Assembly: GCA_963798915.1 (NCBI GenBank) | Contig: CAWCVB010000002.1 | Span: forward strand, 640,001 to 704,000 | Length of the DNA stretch: 64,000 nucleotides | From: an uncultured Gemmatimonadales bacterium | GTDB taxonomy: Bacteria > Gemmatimonadota > Gemmatimonadetes > Gemmatimonadales > GWC2-71-9 | Direction of reading: 5' to 3' | Part shown: piece by piece, positions 18,315 to 28,289 of the stretch | How the letters are laid out: each line of letters starts with the position of its first letter | Position numbering within the stretch: the first letter of the stretch is position 1 | Translations under genes and position numbers: made by a program | Notes under the pieces: generated by a model | Told to the model about the DNA's origin: nothing | What the model saw: the letters and a program-made list of their open reading frames with translations, nothing else | Databases searched by the model: none

Positions 18315-20837
18315 TCACTCCAGCATCCCGCGCAGCACACCCAGCGGCGTTTGTCGAGCGACGTCGAGCGCTGACCAGAGACCGACCAGCATGGTGAGCA
18401 CGGCCGTGGAGACGACGAGTGCCGCGATCGCCCCGGCCGGCACCGAGAACGGCACCTGGAAGACCCAGTGTGCCAGCGCCCAGCCGCCGGCGCCGCCCAG
18501 CAGCACGGCCGCCAGGCCGGCCACCAGGCCAAGGGCGCCGTATTCCGCCAGCGCAATGCCAACCAGCTGGCGCCGGCTCGCGCCCAGCGTGCGAAGAAGC
18601 GCGCCCTCGCGCACTCGCTGAAACCGGCTGGTTGCGATGGTGCCCACGAGCACCACCAGTCCGGTCAGGAGACTGAAGAGCGCCATGAACCGAATGGCAA
18701 GCGTCACCTTGCCGAGCAATCTGGCAATTGCATCCTGCACAAAGGTGAGGTCCAGTGAGGTGATGTTCGGATAGCGTTCGGCAATGCGTCGCGAGAGCGT
18801 GCCGCGCAGTCCGGCGCCCTCGATCCGCACCAGCGTCACCCAGGTGTGGGGCGCTTCTTCGAGCACGCCCGGTTCGAAGACCACGAAGAAATTGGGTTCG
18901 AACCGGGCCCAGTCCACCGTGCGGATGCTCGCGACCCTGGTCGGGATCATGGAGCCCTGCACGTCCCAGACGACGGCATCGCCCACCGAGACGCCAAGTT
19001 CCTGGGCGACGTCCTGCTCCATCGACACGCGAGCCGTATCCGGACGAGGTCCGCGCCACCACTGACCCGCCACCAGCTTTTCGGAGGACACCATGCTGTC
19101 GCGCCAGGTCGACCGGTACTCCCGCCGAAGCGCCCAGCGTCCCTGGTGGAGTGAGTCGGTCAGCAGCGCGCTTACCGGCACGCCGCGTACCGAGGCGATT
19201 CTCATTGGCACAATGGCGACCGGCGGCGACGGCACGACTGCCGACGCGCGAAGCAGCGAGTCCAGGCCCGACAGCTGCGACGGCTGCACGTCGAAGAACA
19301 CCATGTTGGCGTTGCGCGAAGCGGGGGAGGAGACGTCGAGCGCAGCGAGCAGCGTATGCTGCACCAGCAGAACGGCGGCCAGCAGGAACCCACCGAAGCC
19401 GATCGCCAGGATGACCGTGGTCGTCTGGTTGCCGGGGCGTCGCAGGTTGAGCACGCCCTGCCGCGCCGCATACGGGAGCCCGGTGGCCAGCCAGCGGGCT
19501 GCCCGGGTGAGCGCCGCCGCCGTCAGGCGAAGCAGCAGGAGCACCAGCAGGACGGCCAAGGCAAAGAAGGCACCGGTCTGCCAGCGTCCCGATTGCCAGA
19601 CCGAAAGCAGTACCACAGTGGCGCACAATGCGACCAGCGTGGCCGCGCGCCACCAGTCGCGGCCAGGCTCCGCGGGCGCGACTTCGCGGCGGAGGGCGGC
19701 CAGCGGCGGGACTCGCCGCACTTCCAGCAGCGGAAGCAGGGCAAACGCGACGGCGACCCATACGCCCATGATCATGCCGGCGGCCGCTGAGCCCCACGAT
19801 GGTGCGAAGACGACGTCCACCGGAATCAAGTCGCCCAGCAGGCGGGGCAAGGCCTGCTGCACCAGGAGTCCGATCCCCGCGCCAAGCAGGCTGCCAGCCA
19901 GCGCCAGCAGAGCTGCTTGCGTGAGGTAGACACCGACCATCTGGCGCGACGTCGCGCCCAGACATCGCAGCATCGCGATGGTGGGGAGCTTGCCACGGAT
20001 GTGCACATGAATGGCGCTGGCGACGCCCAGGCCGCCCAGCAGCAACGCGACCAGCGCCACCAGTCCGAGAAAATTCGCGAGGCGCGTCAGGGCGTTGTCC
20101 AGTCGCGCCCGATCATCGGCGGCGGTCGTAATCCGCACGCGCTCCGTCCGGAGCCGCGGCCGCCAGAGTGCCGCGAGCTTCTGGACGTCGGCGCCCGGCG
20201 CCAGCTTCACGAACGTGGCGTACTCCACCCGTGCGCCAAACCCCAGCAGCCCGGTGGCCTCGAGGTAGGCGCCATTCATGAAGGCCCTGGGGCCGAATGC
20301 GTTCCGGACACCGACGTCGCCCGGCACTGCGACGATGGTACCGACCACCTGGAGGCGGGCCTCCCCCACGGCGATGGTGTCGCCCACATTGATGTCGAGC
20401 GAGGCAAGAAGCGACGGGTCAACGATGGCGTGAGGACCGTCCTGCAATCGCTGCCAGGCCCCGGCAGGCGAAGTCTCGATCGTGCCGTAGAATGGCCAGC
20501 CGCCCCGCACCGCGCTCATCTGCGTCAGGCGCGCGCTCTGGCTGGTGCTGGCATAGGTCATGGCGCTGAAGCTGGTCACCGCCGACGTCGTGCCGCCGAT
20601 GGTGTCCAGTGCGGCGCGGCCAACCTGGGGCAGCGGTGACCGGCTTTCCAGGGCCAGGTCCGCGCCCAGCAGCGCCTGTGCCTCGCTGGCAATGGAATCG
20701 CGCAGGTTGCTGGTGAAGCCGTTGATGGCGACGAGCGCCGCGACGCCGGCGGTGACGCCGGCGGCCAGCAGCAGGAGGCGGCGTGCGCTTGCCCGGGCCT
20801 CGCGCTGGGCCATGCGGAAGACGAACGGCAGCGTCAT
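18315..20837 (-). CDS. ABC transporter permease, YbbP/FtsX-MacB type
   Basis: Duplicated FtsX-like halves (LLGADL...; LRCLGA, LRTLGA); NFFVVF. Confidence 0.9.
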   Translation of the reverse strand: MTLPFVFRMAQREARASARRLLLLAAGVTAGVAALVAINGFTSNLRDSIASEAQALLGADLALESRSPLPQVGRAALDTIGGTTSAVTSFSAMTYASTSQSARLTQMSAVRGGWPFYGTIETSPAGAWQRLQDGPHAIVDPSLLASLDINVGDTIAVGEARLQVVGTIVAVPGDVGVRNAFGPRAFMNGAYLEATGLLGFGARVEYATFVKLAPGADVQKLAALWRPRLRTERVRITTAADDRARLDNALTRLANFLGLVALVALLLGGLGVASAIHVHIRGKLPTIAMLRCLGATSRQMVGVYLTQAALLALAGSLLGAGIGLLVQQALPRLLGDLIPVDVVFAPSWGSAAAGMIMGVWVAVAFALLPLLEVRRVPPLAALRREVAPAEPGRDWWRAATLVALCATVVLLSVWQSGRWQTGAFFALAVLLVLLLLRLTAAALTRAARWLATGLPYAARQGVLNLRRPGNQTTTVILAIGFGGFLLAAVLLVQHTLLAALDVSSPASRNANMVFFDVQPSQLSGLDSLLRASAVVPSPPVAIVPMRIASVRGVPVSALLTDSLHQGRWALRREYRSTWRDSMVSSEKLVAGQWWRGPRPDTARVSMEQDVAQELGVSVGDAVVWDVQGSMIPTRVASIRTVDWARFEPNFFVVFEPGVLEEAPHTWVTLVRIEGAGLRGTLSRRIAERYPNITSLDLTFVQDAIARLLGKVTLAIRFMALFSLLTGLVVLVGTIATSRFQRVREGALLRTLGASRRQLVGIALAEYGALGLVAGLAAVLLGGAGGWALAHWVFQVPFSVPAGAIAALVVSTAVLTMLVGLWSALDVARQTPLGVLRGMLE

Positions 20838-21502
20838 GCCGCGCTGTCGCTCACGATCTGTCCGTCGGCCAGGTGCACGATGCGACGCGCCTGTTCGGCC
20901 AGCGACGGATCGTGGGTGACGAGGACCAGTGTCGTCCCGTGCGAGTGGTTCAGCCGGTTCATCAGTGCAATGATCGTGGCGCCGGTGGTGGCATCGAGGT
21001 TGCCGGTCGGCTCGTCCGCAAAGAGAATGCGTGGCGTGTTGACGAACGCACGCGCGAGCGCCACCCGCTGCTGTTCACCGCCTGAGAGCTGCGCCGGATA
21101 GTGATGCTCACGGCCGCCGAGGCCGACATCGGCCAGAAGCGCCCTGGCGCGCTGGAGGTCGGGCCGGCCAAGGAGTTCGAGCGGTACCAGCACATTTTCG
21201 AGCGCGGTGAGCGTCGGCACCAGCTGGAACGACTGGAAAACGAAGCCCACCCGCTCCCCACGGAGCCGGGCCCGGTCGTCCTCCGAGAGCCGATCGAGAC
21301 GCACCCCATCGAGCGTCACGGTGCCCTCGCTGGGCTGGTCCAGCCCGGCCAGCAGGCCCAGCAGGGTAGTCTTGCCGCTCCCGCTTGGTCCCACGATCGC
21401 GAGGAACGCCCCCGCTTCCGCGGAGAGCGTGATATTGTTGAGCACTGTGAGCATGCTGCCGCCCGACTGGTACCGTCTGGTGAGCCCTTCGCAACTGATC
21501 AT
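20834..21502 (-). CDS. ABC transporter ATP-binding protein, YbbA/LolD type
   Basis: GPSGSGKT, LSGGEQQRVALARA, ADEPTGNLD, VTHD. Confidence 0.93.
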   Translation of the reverse strand: MISCEGLTRRYQSGGSMLTVLNNITLSAEAGAFLAIVGPSGSGKTTLLGLLAGLDQPSEGTVTLDGVRLDRLSEDDRARLRGERVGFVFQSFQLVPTLTALENVLVPLELLGRPDLQRARALLADVGLGGREHHYPAQLSGGEQQRVALARAFVNTPRILFADEPTGNLDATTGATIIALMNRLNHSHGTTLVLVTHDPSLAEQARRIVHLADGQIVSDSAA

Positions 21503-21526
21503 CGTCCATCCTGAGGTTCTGGAATC

Positions 21527-22201
21527 CTGCAAAGATACCTGACCCCGCTCCTCCTGCTGCTCGCGGCATGCGGCGGCGCCGATCGCAGCGACCCGCCTGC
21601 GGCGGCCTCCGGCGGGACACCATCCGCACGCCGCGATAACCGACCGGCGATCGTGTTTGTGGGCACCAGCCTGACCGCAGGCCTGGGCGTGGACCCCTCG
21701 GAGTCGTATCCCGCGCTGATCCAGCAGAAGCTTGATTCCGCGGGTCTCGACTATCGTGTGGTGAACGCGGGGGTGAGTGGTGAGACATCATCCGACGCGC
21801 GTGCGCGTATCGGCTGGCTGCTCCGCGCGAACCCGGCCGTGCTGGTGGTGGAGACGGGTGCCAACGACGGGCTGCGGGGCCTCAGCGTCGAAGCGCTCCA
21901 GGCGAATCTGGACACGATCCTGACGGTGGCGAGGCGCCATGTCCCCGGTCCGCAGCTTGTGGTCATCGGGATGGAAGCCCCGCCCAATCTCGGCCGGCCC
22001 TACACGTCGGCGTTCCGCGAGGTCTTCCCGCGCGAGGCGGAGCGGCATGACGCCGCACTGGTGCCGTTCCTGCTGGCAGGTGTGGGCGGTGTGGACTCGC
22101 TGAATCAGGCGGACGGCCTGCATCCGACCGCAGCCGGTCACCGGATCCTGGCCACGACGGTATGGCGGGTACTCAGGAGCGTGCTGGACAGTACCCGGTA
22201 G
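21527..22201 (+). CDS. GDSL/SGNH arylesterase (TesA-like), predicted lipoprotein; probable CTG start
   Basis: GTSLTAG, NAGVSGETS, GANDGLRG, DGLHP; in-frame upstream segment QRYLTPLLLLLAAC; divergent from the ybbA-like gene as in ybbA/tesA loci. Confidence 0.85.
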   Translation: MQRYLTPLLLLLAACGGADRSDPPAAASGGTPSARRDNRPAIVFVGTSLTAGLGVDPSESYPALIQQKLDSAGLDYRVVNAGVSGETSSDARARIGWLLRANPAVLVVETGANDGLRGLSVEALQANLDTILTVARRHVPGPQLVVIGMEAPPNLGRPYTSAFREVFPREAERHDAALVPFLLAGVGGVDSLNQADGLHPTAAGHRILATTVWRVLRSVLDSTR

Positions 22202-22233
22202 CAGCGCAGGAAGAGCGGAGTTGTGCGGGCGCG

Positions 22234-23199
22234 CTAGCGCGGCACATCGACACTGAGCGTCCCGAAGGCAGCGCCGGGTGTGCTGGCATAGCGCAGATCG
22301 ATGATGTGCACCACGTAGTCTGCCGCACCACTGTCAATGGCAAAGGTCGGAAACCGGGCCCACTCGAGGAATTGTCGTCCAGCCAGCGTCGCCTCGGCGC
22401 CGACCACGGCCGGGTGCGCGGGCGGAGTCGCGGGAAAGCTCTGGATCGAGGCGGCCACAATATGCGGCTGCCGCAGCCAGTCGAACTTCGCCAGTCGATA
22501 GACTTCGCCCTGGCGCACGACGATGTCACGCCGGAACGGGTTCATGAAGACCGGCCCCGCCATGACGGCCCGGACCGGATCCGGCGCGAGACGTTGCATG
22601 GCCTCTCTTGCGCGTTGCGCCACAGCCCGGCTGCTTCCCAGCATGACCGCGATGTAGGCCAGACTCGCCACGAGCGCGAGCCGGGCCGGCCGTTCCGGAA
22701 TCACGGTCCGCTGCCGCGAGAGTCTCCGGCTGCGGCTGGCCCAGACGCCGAGAAACAGGATGATGATCAGCCAGGGATCGAGGATGAACAGCGTGTCACC
22801 GTAGGTCCACCGGTCGTTCCACGGCAGCATCCAGCGCACGCCGTACGTGTTCAGCGTGTCCAGCAGCGGGTGACTGATGACGCCTGCGTACGCCAGCAGG
22901 AGGAGCTGCCCCGGGCGGACCTTGGATGGCAGCACCGCCGAGCTCAGTTTGCGGGCGGTCGTGTCGAGCAGCAACAGGACGAGCGTGAGCAGCACCGGAA
23001 GCACGACGACCGCCACGATGCCGTGGGTCCAGCCACGGCGCCAGTGCAGTGCCGCCTCCGGGCCATTCAGGTAGGCAACGATGTCCAGGTCCGGGAGATT
23101 GGCCGCGATGAGCAGGGTGGCGTAGCCCATTGCCGTACGGCGAGCCAGCCCGCTTTCGGCCAGGGCCGCGCCGGCAAGTGTGTGGCAGAGATTGTCCAT
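22234..23199 (-). CDS. Membrane-bound metal-dependent hydrolase (YbcI/YdjM-like)
   Basis: MDNLCHTL, ANLPDLD, RRGWTHG, SHPLLDTLNTYG. Confidence 0.85.
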   Translation of the reverse strand: MDNLCHTLAGAALAESGLARRTAMGYATLLIAANLPDLDIVAYLNGPEAALHWRRGWTHGIVAVVVLPVLLTLVLLLLDTTARKLSSAVLPSKVRPGQLLLLAYAGVISHPLLDTLNTYGVRWMLPWNDRWTYGDTLFILDPWLIIILFLGVWASRSRRLSRQRTVIPERPARLALVASLAYIAVMLGSSRAVAQRAREAMQRLAPDPVRAVMAGPVFMNPFRRDIVVRQGEVYRLAKFDWLRQPHIVAASIQSFPATPPAHPAVVGAEATLAGRQFLEWARFPTFAIDSGAADYVVHIIDLRYASTPGAAFGTLSVDVPR

Positions 23200-23220
23200 T
23201 CGCTCAGGCGGCCCTGGCGC

Positions 23221-23649
23221 TCATTCGAGTGCCGCGTCCAGTTCCACGGTTACGTTGTTCTTGAGCGCCATCGAAACCGGGCAGCCGTTCTTCGCCTCAT
23301 CGGCGGCCTTCCGGAACCCTTGCGCGTCCAGGCCCGGCACGACGCCCCGCAACGTGAGCTTCATTGTGGTGATCCGAAACCCGCCATCCACCTTGTCGAT
23401 GGTGCAGGCCGCGCTGGTCGTGATCCGGCTTGCGGGCGTTCCGGCTGCTTCCAGAGCGGCGCCAAGCGCCATGCTGATGCAGGCCGCATGCGCGGCGGCC
23501 AGCAATTCCTCCGGCGTGGTGCCCTTGGCGCCCTCGAAACGGGTCTGGAATGAATAGTTGCCGCTGAAGGCGCCGGAGTCTGCCTGGAATGTTCCGGTGC
23601 CCTGCTTGAGGCCGCCCTCCCAGACAGCCCGGGCCTTGCTCGTCGTCAT
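23221..23649 (-). CDS. osmC: OsmC-family peroxiredoxin
   Basis: YSFQTRFE, GTTPEELLAAAHAAC, AKNGCPVS. Confidence 0.92.
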   Translation of the reverse strand: MTTSKARAVWEGGLKQGTGTFQADSGAFSGNYSFQTRFEGAKGTTPEELLAAAHAACISMALGAALEAAGTPASRITTSAACTIDKVDGGFRITTMKLTLRGVVPGLDAQGFRKAADEAKNGCPVSMALKNNVTVELDAALE

Positions 23650-23775
23650 GATGAGACCTCGCAGATGGAAATGCACGGCGGCCGGATCGGCCAACTGCAC
23701 GGTATGGGGAACTTAGGGCCGCCCGGGTGTCCCTCGCCAGCGGGACGGGACCGGGATAGCTTGCCAACCACGACC

Positions 23776-25005
23776 ATGACTCGACTCCCAAGTGCTGCAC
23801 TCACACTGCTTTTCCTCACGGCCGCCATGAGTTGCCGGGATGGCCGGCCGGCGCTGTCCGGGGGAACGGTGATCCGCGACAGCGCGGGCGTCCATATCAT
23901 TTTGAACACGGCGCCGGCCTGGCCACGCGACTCGGGATGGGAGGTGGTTGACACGCCATTCTTTGACGCGGGCGGGAAGCCCGGTACCGACTTCCAGGAC
24001 ATTGTCAGCGTGGTGCGGATGCCAGGTGGGGCACTGGCGGTAGCGGACGGCGGTGACCAGCGGATTCGGGTGTTCGATGCCTCGGGCGAAGTGATTCGCA
24101 TCCTGGGCGCCCGTGGCACCGGGCCCGGCGAGTTCCGCTCGCTGTCCTGGATGGTCGCTGCCGGCGACTCGCTTCTGGCCTACGACCTGGTGGAGCGACG
24201 CCTCACGCTGTTCGGCGCCAACGGGCGTGTACGCACCGCCGAACTCGGTACCGGCGACGGGCTGTTTACCGAGCCGCTTGGCCGGTTTCGCGACGGCACG
24301 CTGATGGTGAAGTCGGGCGGCCCGGTGTTTCCGTTTCCCGGTCACGCCGGTCAGGTTCGCCGGGACTCAGCGCTGTTGCTCCGCTTCGATGCCGACGGCC
24401 ACATGCTGGACACGCTCGCGCACGTACCCTGGAGCGAAAGTTTCGGGCTTGCGTTGGGAACAGACGACCGACAGTTCATGGCGCCGATGCCGCGCCCCTT
24501 TGCACGCCGGACCAGTGCGGTGCCCCTGAGCGATGGTTTCGCGGTGGGCGCCGGCGGCAACTTCGTGATTGACGTGTACGACCGGAAAGGCTCGCTCAAG
24601 CGCTCCGTCCGGCGCAACCTGCGGGGCACGCCGGTCACGCCAGAAGCTGTCCAGGCTTTCAAGGACGCACGGCGCGCCATGCCGACGACTGGCGGGCTGC
24701 AGGGGTCGCTCGATTCAGCGCAGGTGGCCGCGCTCGATAGCGCGCCGTTTCCCCGGACGATGCCGATCTTCGAGCAGGTCCTCGCCGACCAGGTGGGCAA
24801 CCTGTGGGTGGAGAATTACTCGATCCGCGGCGATGAGCCTCGACGGTGGAGCGTGTTTGACGACGATGGGCGCTGGTTGGGCGATGTGCTCACCCCGCCG
24901 CGATTTGACGTGCACTTCATTGCCAGGGATGCCATCTACGGCGTCTGGCATGCTGGGAGTGACGTTCCGCGAGTGCGCGGGTACCAGCTTATCAAGCCGA
25001 ACTAG
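23776..25005 (+). CDS. 6-bladed beta-propeller (NHL-like) exported protein
   Basis: Signal peptide ending AMSC; GARGTGPGEFR; GNLWV...WSVFDDDGRWLG. Confidence 0.75.
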   Translation: MTRLPSAALTLLFLTAAMSCRDGRPALSGGTVIRDSAGVHIILNTAPAWPRDSGWEVVDTPFFDAGGKPGTDFQDIVSVVRMPGGALAVADGGDQRIRVFDASGEVIRILGARGTGPGEFRSLSWMVAAGDSLLAYDLVERRLTLFGANGRVRTAELGTGDGLFTEPLGRFRDGTLMVKSGGPVFPFPGHAGQVRRDSALLLRFDADGHMLDTLAHVPWSESFGLALGTDDRQFMAPMPRPFARRTSAVPLSDGFAVGAGGNFVIDVYDRKGSLKRSVRRNLRGTPVTPEAVQAFKDARRAMPTTGGLQGSLDSAQVAALDSAPFPRTMPIFEQVLADQVGNLWVENYSIRGDEPRRWSVFDDDGRWLGDVLTPPRFDVHFIARDAIYGVWHAGSDVPRVRGYQLIKPN

Positions 25006-25011
25006 CTGCGC

Positions 25012-25386
25012 TCAGCGGATTCCGGTATCACACACCAGGGTGACACGGTTATCACTTCCGGGGCCGGCGGTGAACGGCTCGGGCTGGGGTGGCGCCAGAC
25101 TGCCAGGGCAGATGGTGATCCGTGCCACGTATCTCCCCGGCTCGAGGGTCACTGTCGCCAGCCCGTTCGATCCAGTGTCCTCCACCTTGATCGTCGCTTC
25201 GTCCCGCAGGATGCGCACCTCAGCGTTATCTACCGGTGCCGTGTTGTCCTGACCCGGCTGCTCTACCGGTTGGATTGGTCCCCGTCTCACCGATATCGTG
25301 ACCGCCACGCCGTTATCAGGATCGGTGCTGCAGCGCCACATCGCCGCCGTTGACGCTGCCAGCAGCAGCAGGAGCAGATATTTCAT
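25012..25386 (-). CDS. Small exported protein, prealbumin/carboxypeptidase-regulatory-like fold
   Basis: MKYLLLLLLAAS signal; TGSNGLATVTLEPGRYVARI. Confidence 0.7.
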   Translation of the reverse strand: MKYLLLLLLAASTAAMWRCSTDPDNGVAVTISVRRGPIQPVEQPGQDNTAPVDNAEVRILRDEATIKVEDTGSNGLATVTLEPGRYVARITICPGSLAPPQPEPFTAGPGSDNRVTLVCDTGIR

Positions 25387-25495
25387 CGGGTCACCATTTC
25401 GAGATCTTTCCGATCAAGACGAAGCATGTCACGTGAAAGATGGCACAACCGGCTTCGATTGACAGGCGACGGGACCACGGCGCGGCGTCTGGCCG

Positions 25496-26068
25496 TCAGC
25501 GGCGGCGGATCAGTATGAGCCCCAGCCCGATCGGCAGCAGTGCCAGGGCCAGGGCGCGGGCGCGCTGGTCCTGTGACGCCCCGTCACTCGCCGCTGCCAG
25601 CTCCTTGAGGGCTTGGTCTACGTCGCTCTGGGTCACCTTCCGGCCCATGATAAATCCATCCTGCGTTCGTGTCGGCACGTTCACCTCCCGCACCTTGCCG
25701 TCGGCGATACTGACCAACGCCGTGGGGCCGTCGTCGCCGCCGATATTGATGGCCAGCACCCAGGTTCCTTCCACCGGCCAGCTCCGGCGCAGCGCCGAGA
25801 CGCCAGCCATGCTGGTCCTCTCAAAGGCAAGCGTCCTTACCTGGCGCTCGCCGTTCACGAGCCCGGTCGCGGTGCCCGAAATGGGATATTGGACGATGGC
25901 TCCATGATGGTAGCTATGGACCAGGAGATAGGCGCCGCGGGTCGTGCTGTTGAGCGGATTGGCGGGAAGTTCAATGGAGACCCAGGGCGGTCCCGCGTGC
26001 GCTGGGGTGACAATGGCGGCGACCGCCAGGTTGGCGATCGCAACGGCAGCGAGGAGCGAGCGATTCAT
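25496..26068 (-). CDS. Hypothetical exported protein with C-terminal TM anchor
   Basis: AHA|GPPW signal cleavage; C-terminal hydrophobic helix ending RRR; GGAGG RBS. Confidence 0.8.
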   Translation of the reverse strand: MNRSLLAAVAIANLAVAAIVTPAHAGPPWVSIELPANPLNSTTRGAYLLVHSYHHGAIVQYPISGTATGLVNGERQVRTLAFERTSMAGVSALRRSWPVEGTWVLAINIGGDDGPTALVSIADGKVREVNVPTRTQDGFIMGRKVTQSDVDQALKELAAASDGASQDQRARALALALLPIGLGLILIRRR

Positions 26069-26109
26069 GGTGACCTCCAGTCAAGGGACATCGCATGGGT
26101 GACCTGTCC

Positions 26110-26142
26110 CTTTGATGACGGTCATTCATGGAGCGTTTGAAC
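26110..26142 (-). promoter_or_regulatory. Candidate ECF sigma-dependent promoter (copy 2)
   Basis: Minus strand GTTCAAAC-N17-CATCAAAG, matching 28205-28237. Confidence 0.65.
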
Positions 26143-27019
26143 GGCCGAAGTCCTGCCGTGCAATCGTGACGCTGCCCTTGAGCGAGCGCACGCTGACATG
26201 CGCGCTGCCCTCGCCAAGGACATACCGCACCGGTTGGCCCTCGGCGGCTGTCCGGCGAGCGGCCGGAAAGCCGCTCATGATCTTGCCACTGAAGGCGACC
26301 ACGTCGATCGTGGCGCTTTGCTGCTCCGGCAGACTGATGTGGATCGGCGCCTGGTGTGTCTGCAGGTCCAGCGTGCCGTCCCGCCCAACCGGCCCGTCGA
26401 AGCTCACCCGGCCCGTGACGCTTTCCACCTGGCCTGCAATCACATCACGCGCCGCGTGCACCGAGATCGGGCCACTCACGCTCGAGACTGTCAGGTCGCC
26501 GCCGCCTTTCCGGATCGTAATGGCGCCATCAGCCGTCTTGGCGCGCGTGACCGCCGCGACGGCATCGAGCTCGATCGCCCCATCCATGGATTCCACGGTG
26601 ATCAGGCCCGGCTCGCCGGTGACCCTGATGGTTCCGCTGACGCTTGCCAGATCGAGCGCGCCCGAGACCCCGTCGACCTGGATGCTGGCCGTCGCCGACT
26701 TGACCCATACCCGGGCCCGGCGCGGCACCAGGATCTCCAGGGTCGCTCCCGGGGCGTCAAGTTGATTGCCGGTTTCCACGCCGAGCTTCATGCTGCGGCC
26801 TGTGCCGCCGATGAAGAAGCGGCCGGCACCGCTCGGGACCCTTGCGACGACGCGAACGCTGTCCGCGTCCCAGCCCGTGACGTGCGTGCTGCCAACCAGG
26901 TTGAAGATCCGGATGGAGGCGTCGGGATCGGCCGGCAGCTGTCGAGTCAGCGGTTGCTGAGCGCCCGCCTGTGCCACGCCGACGAGCAGCATTGCAGCCA
27001 GCCAGGTTCTGGTGCGCAT
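26126..27019 (-). CDS. DUF4097-family beta-strand repeat exported protein
   Basis: Signal peptide; repeated SVSGTIRV/SMDGAIEL/TADGAITI units; lies in ECF operon. Confidence 0.85.
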   Translation of the reverse strand: MRTRTWLAAMLLVGVAQAGAQQPLTRQLPADPDASIRIFNLVGSTHVTGWDADSVRVVARVPSGAGRFFIGGTGRSMKLGVETGNQLDAPGATLEILVPRRARVWVKSATASIQVDGVSGALDLASVSGTIRVTGEPGLITVESMDGAIELDAVAAVTRAKTADGAITIRKGGGDLTVSSVSGPISVHAARDVIAGQVESVTGRVSFDGPVGRDGTLDLQTHQAPIHISLPEQQSATIDVVAFSGKIMSGFPAARRTAAEGQPVRYVLGEGSAHVSVRSLKGSVTIARQDFGRSNAP

Positions 27020-27020
27020 G

Positions 27021-27629
27021 CTAGAGGTCACGCGCAATGCGGGTCGCCTGCTCCAGCAGCGCGACGCGCTGGGCCTGCCCGGTGCGGAACAGGGTTCGCA
27101 GGTCGGGATTCGACGGGTCACGCTCGAGGGCATCGCGTGATTCCGTGATGGCCCGGTCGATGATTGTCAGGTTGCGCTCGATCGTCGCCACGGTCTCGGG
27201 CGCCAGGGTCGGGCGCTCGCGGCGAAATTCTGCTTCCAGCGCCTCGGCCCTCGGCGCATACTGCGCCTGGATCAGCTCGACCACTGCCGCGGATGTTGGC
27301 GGCGCTGGGGCAGCCGGTCGCCGGCGAACCAGCACGGCCGTGGCCAGGGACGAGGCAGCCATCAGGACGATCGCCGCGGCAGCCGCCAGGATCCGTCCAC
27401 GCCACCTGGCCGGCGCGATGCGGCGCGCCACGTGGGGCCAGAGATCCGCTGGCGGGGCAATGCCAGGCCGGAGCGCAGCCACTGGCCCGGCCAGCATCCT
27501 GGCCGCCTCCAGGTCGTCCCGGCAGCCCTCACAGCCCTGCACATGCTGCCGCATCTGTTGCTGCTGGGCTTCGGAGAGTCGTCCGGCCAGGTAGTCGTCC
27601 AGTTGGTCCCGGTACTGCGCGCAGGTCAT
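27021..27629 (-). CDS. Zinc-binding anti-sigma factor (zf-HC2/ZAS)
   Basis: MTCAQYRDQLDDYL...HVQGCEGC, one TM helix. Confidence 0.88.
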   Translation of the reverse strand: MTCAQYRDQLDDYLAGRLSEAQQQQMRQHVQGCEGCRDDLEAARMLAGPVAALRPGIAPPADLWPHVARRIAPARWRGRILAAAAAIVLMAASSLATAVLVRRRPAAPAPPTSAAVVELIQAQYAPRAEALEAEFRRERPTLAPETVATIERNLTIIDRAITESRDALERDPSNPDLRTLFRTGQAQRVALLEQATRIARDL

Positions 27630-28200
27630 CGGCTCATCATCTCCCGCAGGAGCCGCCTGGCCCGGAAGAGCTGGGCCTTTGACGTACCCTCTGCAATGCC
27701 GGCGTGGCCGGCGATTTCCGCATGGGTATACCCCTCCACGTCGTGCAGCACGAAGACGGTCCGTGCCCCGGGTGGCAACTGCGCAATGGCGCCTTCGAGG
27801 TCGAAGTCACGCATGGGTACGTCGGCGCCGCGCTCGAATTGCTCGGGCCGATCCGTGGTCAGCAGCCGGCGGCTTCGCCGGAAGGCCGAGCGGCGGTCGG
27901 CCAGTACCACATTGACAGCAAGCCGGTGCAGCCAGGTACCGAAACTGCTGTCCCCCGGAAGCTGCTGAGCCGCTCCCAGGCGCGCACAAATACATCCTGG
28001 GTGAGCTCACTCGCACGCTCCGGGCTGGCTTCGAGCCGCATGCACAACGCATAGATCCGGTCCACGTGGCGGTGGTACAGATCGGCGAAGGCCCGCTGGT
28101 CTCCCGACTGGGCCCGCCGGACAGCCGGTTCGGCCCTCCCGGGCGGGCTCATCCCCGCCATGCCGAACCGCAGCTGAGCCGCCAACACGTGAGTGGACAC
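27626..28200 (-). pseudogene. ECF (sigma24-type) sigma factor with a 1-nt frameshift near 27955 (probably a sequencing indel)
   Basis: Region 2 (ELTQDVFVRAWERLSSFRG) and its continuation (DSSFGTWLHRLAVN...VLHDVEGYTHAEIA...GTSKAQLFRAR) are in different frames; one extra G in the G5 run restores the ORF. Confidence 0.85.
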
Positions 28201-28204
28201 AGTG

Positions 28205-28237
28205 CTTGGATGCCGGAGAGCGCGACAGGGTTTGAAC
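28205..28237 (-). promoter_or_regulatory. Candidate autoregulatory ECF promoter (copy 1)
   Basis: Minus strand GTTCAAAC-N17-CATCCAAG, ending 4 nt before the GTG at 28200. Confidence 0.65.
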
Positions 28238-28289
28238 CGGTCATCGGGACGCTGGCGGCGGGGCCGGAACCTGTCTACACTCCTGCCTC

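Noticed and set aside
18307..19965. 552-aa alternative-frame ORF; likewise 22162-23553, 30589-32016, 38273-39706
   Set aside because: Arg/Gly/Ala-rich shadow frames over well-supported genes
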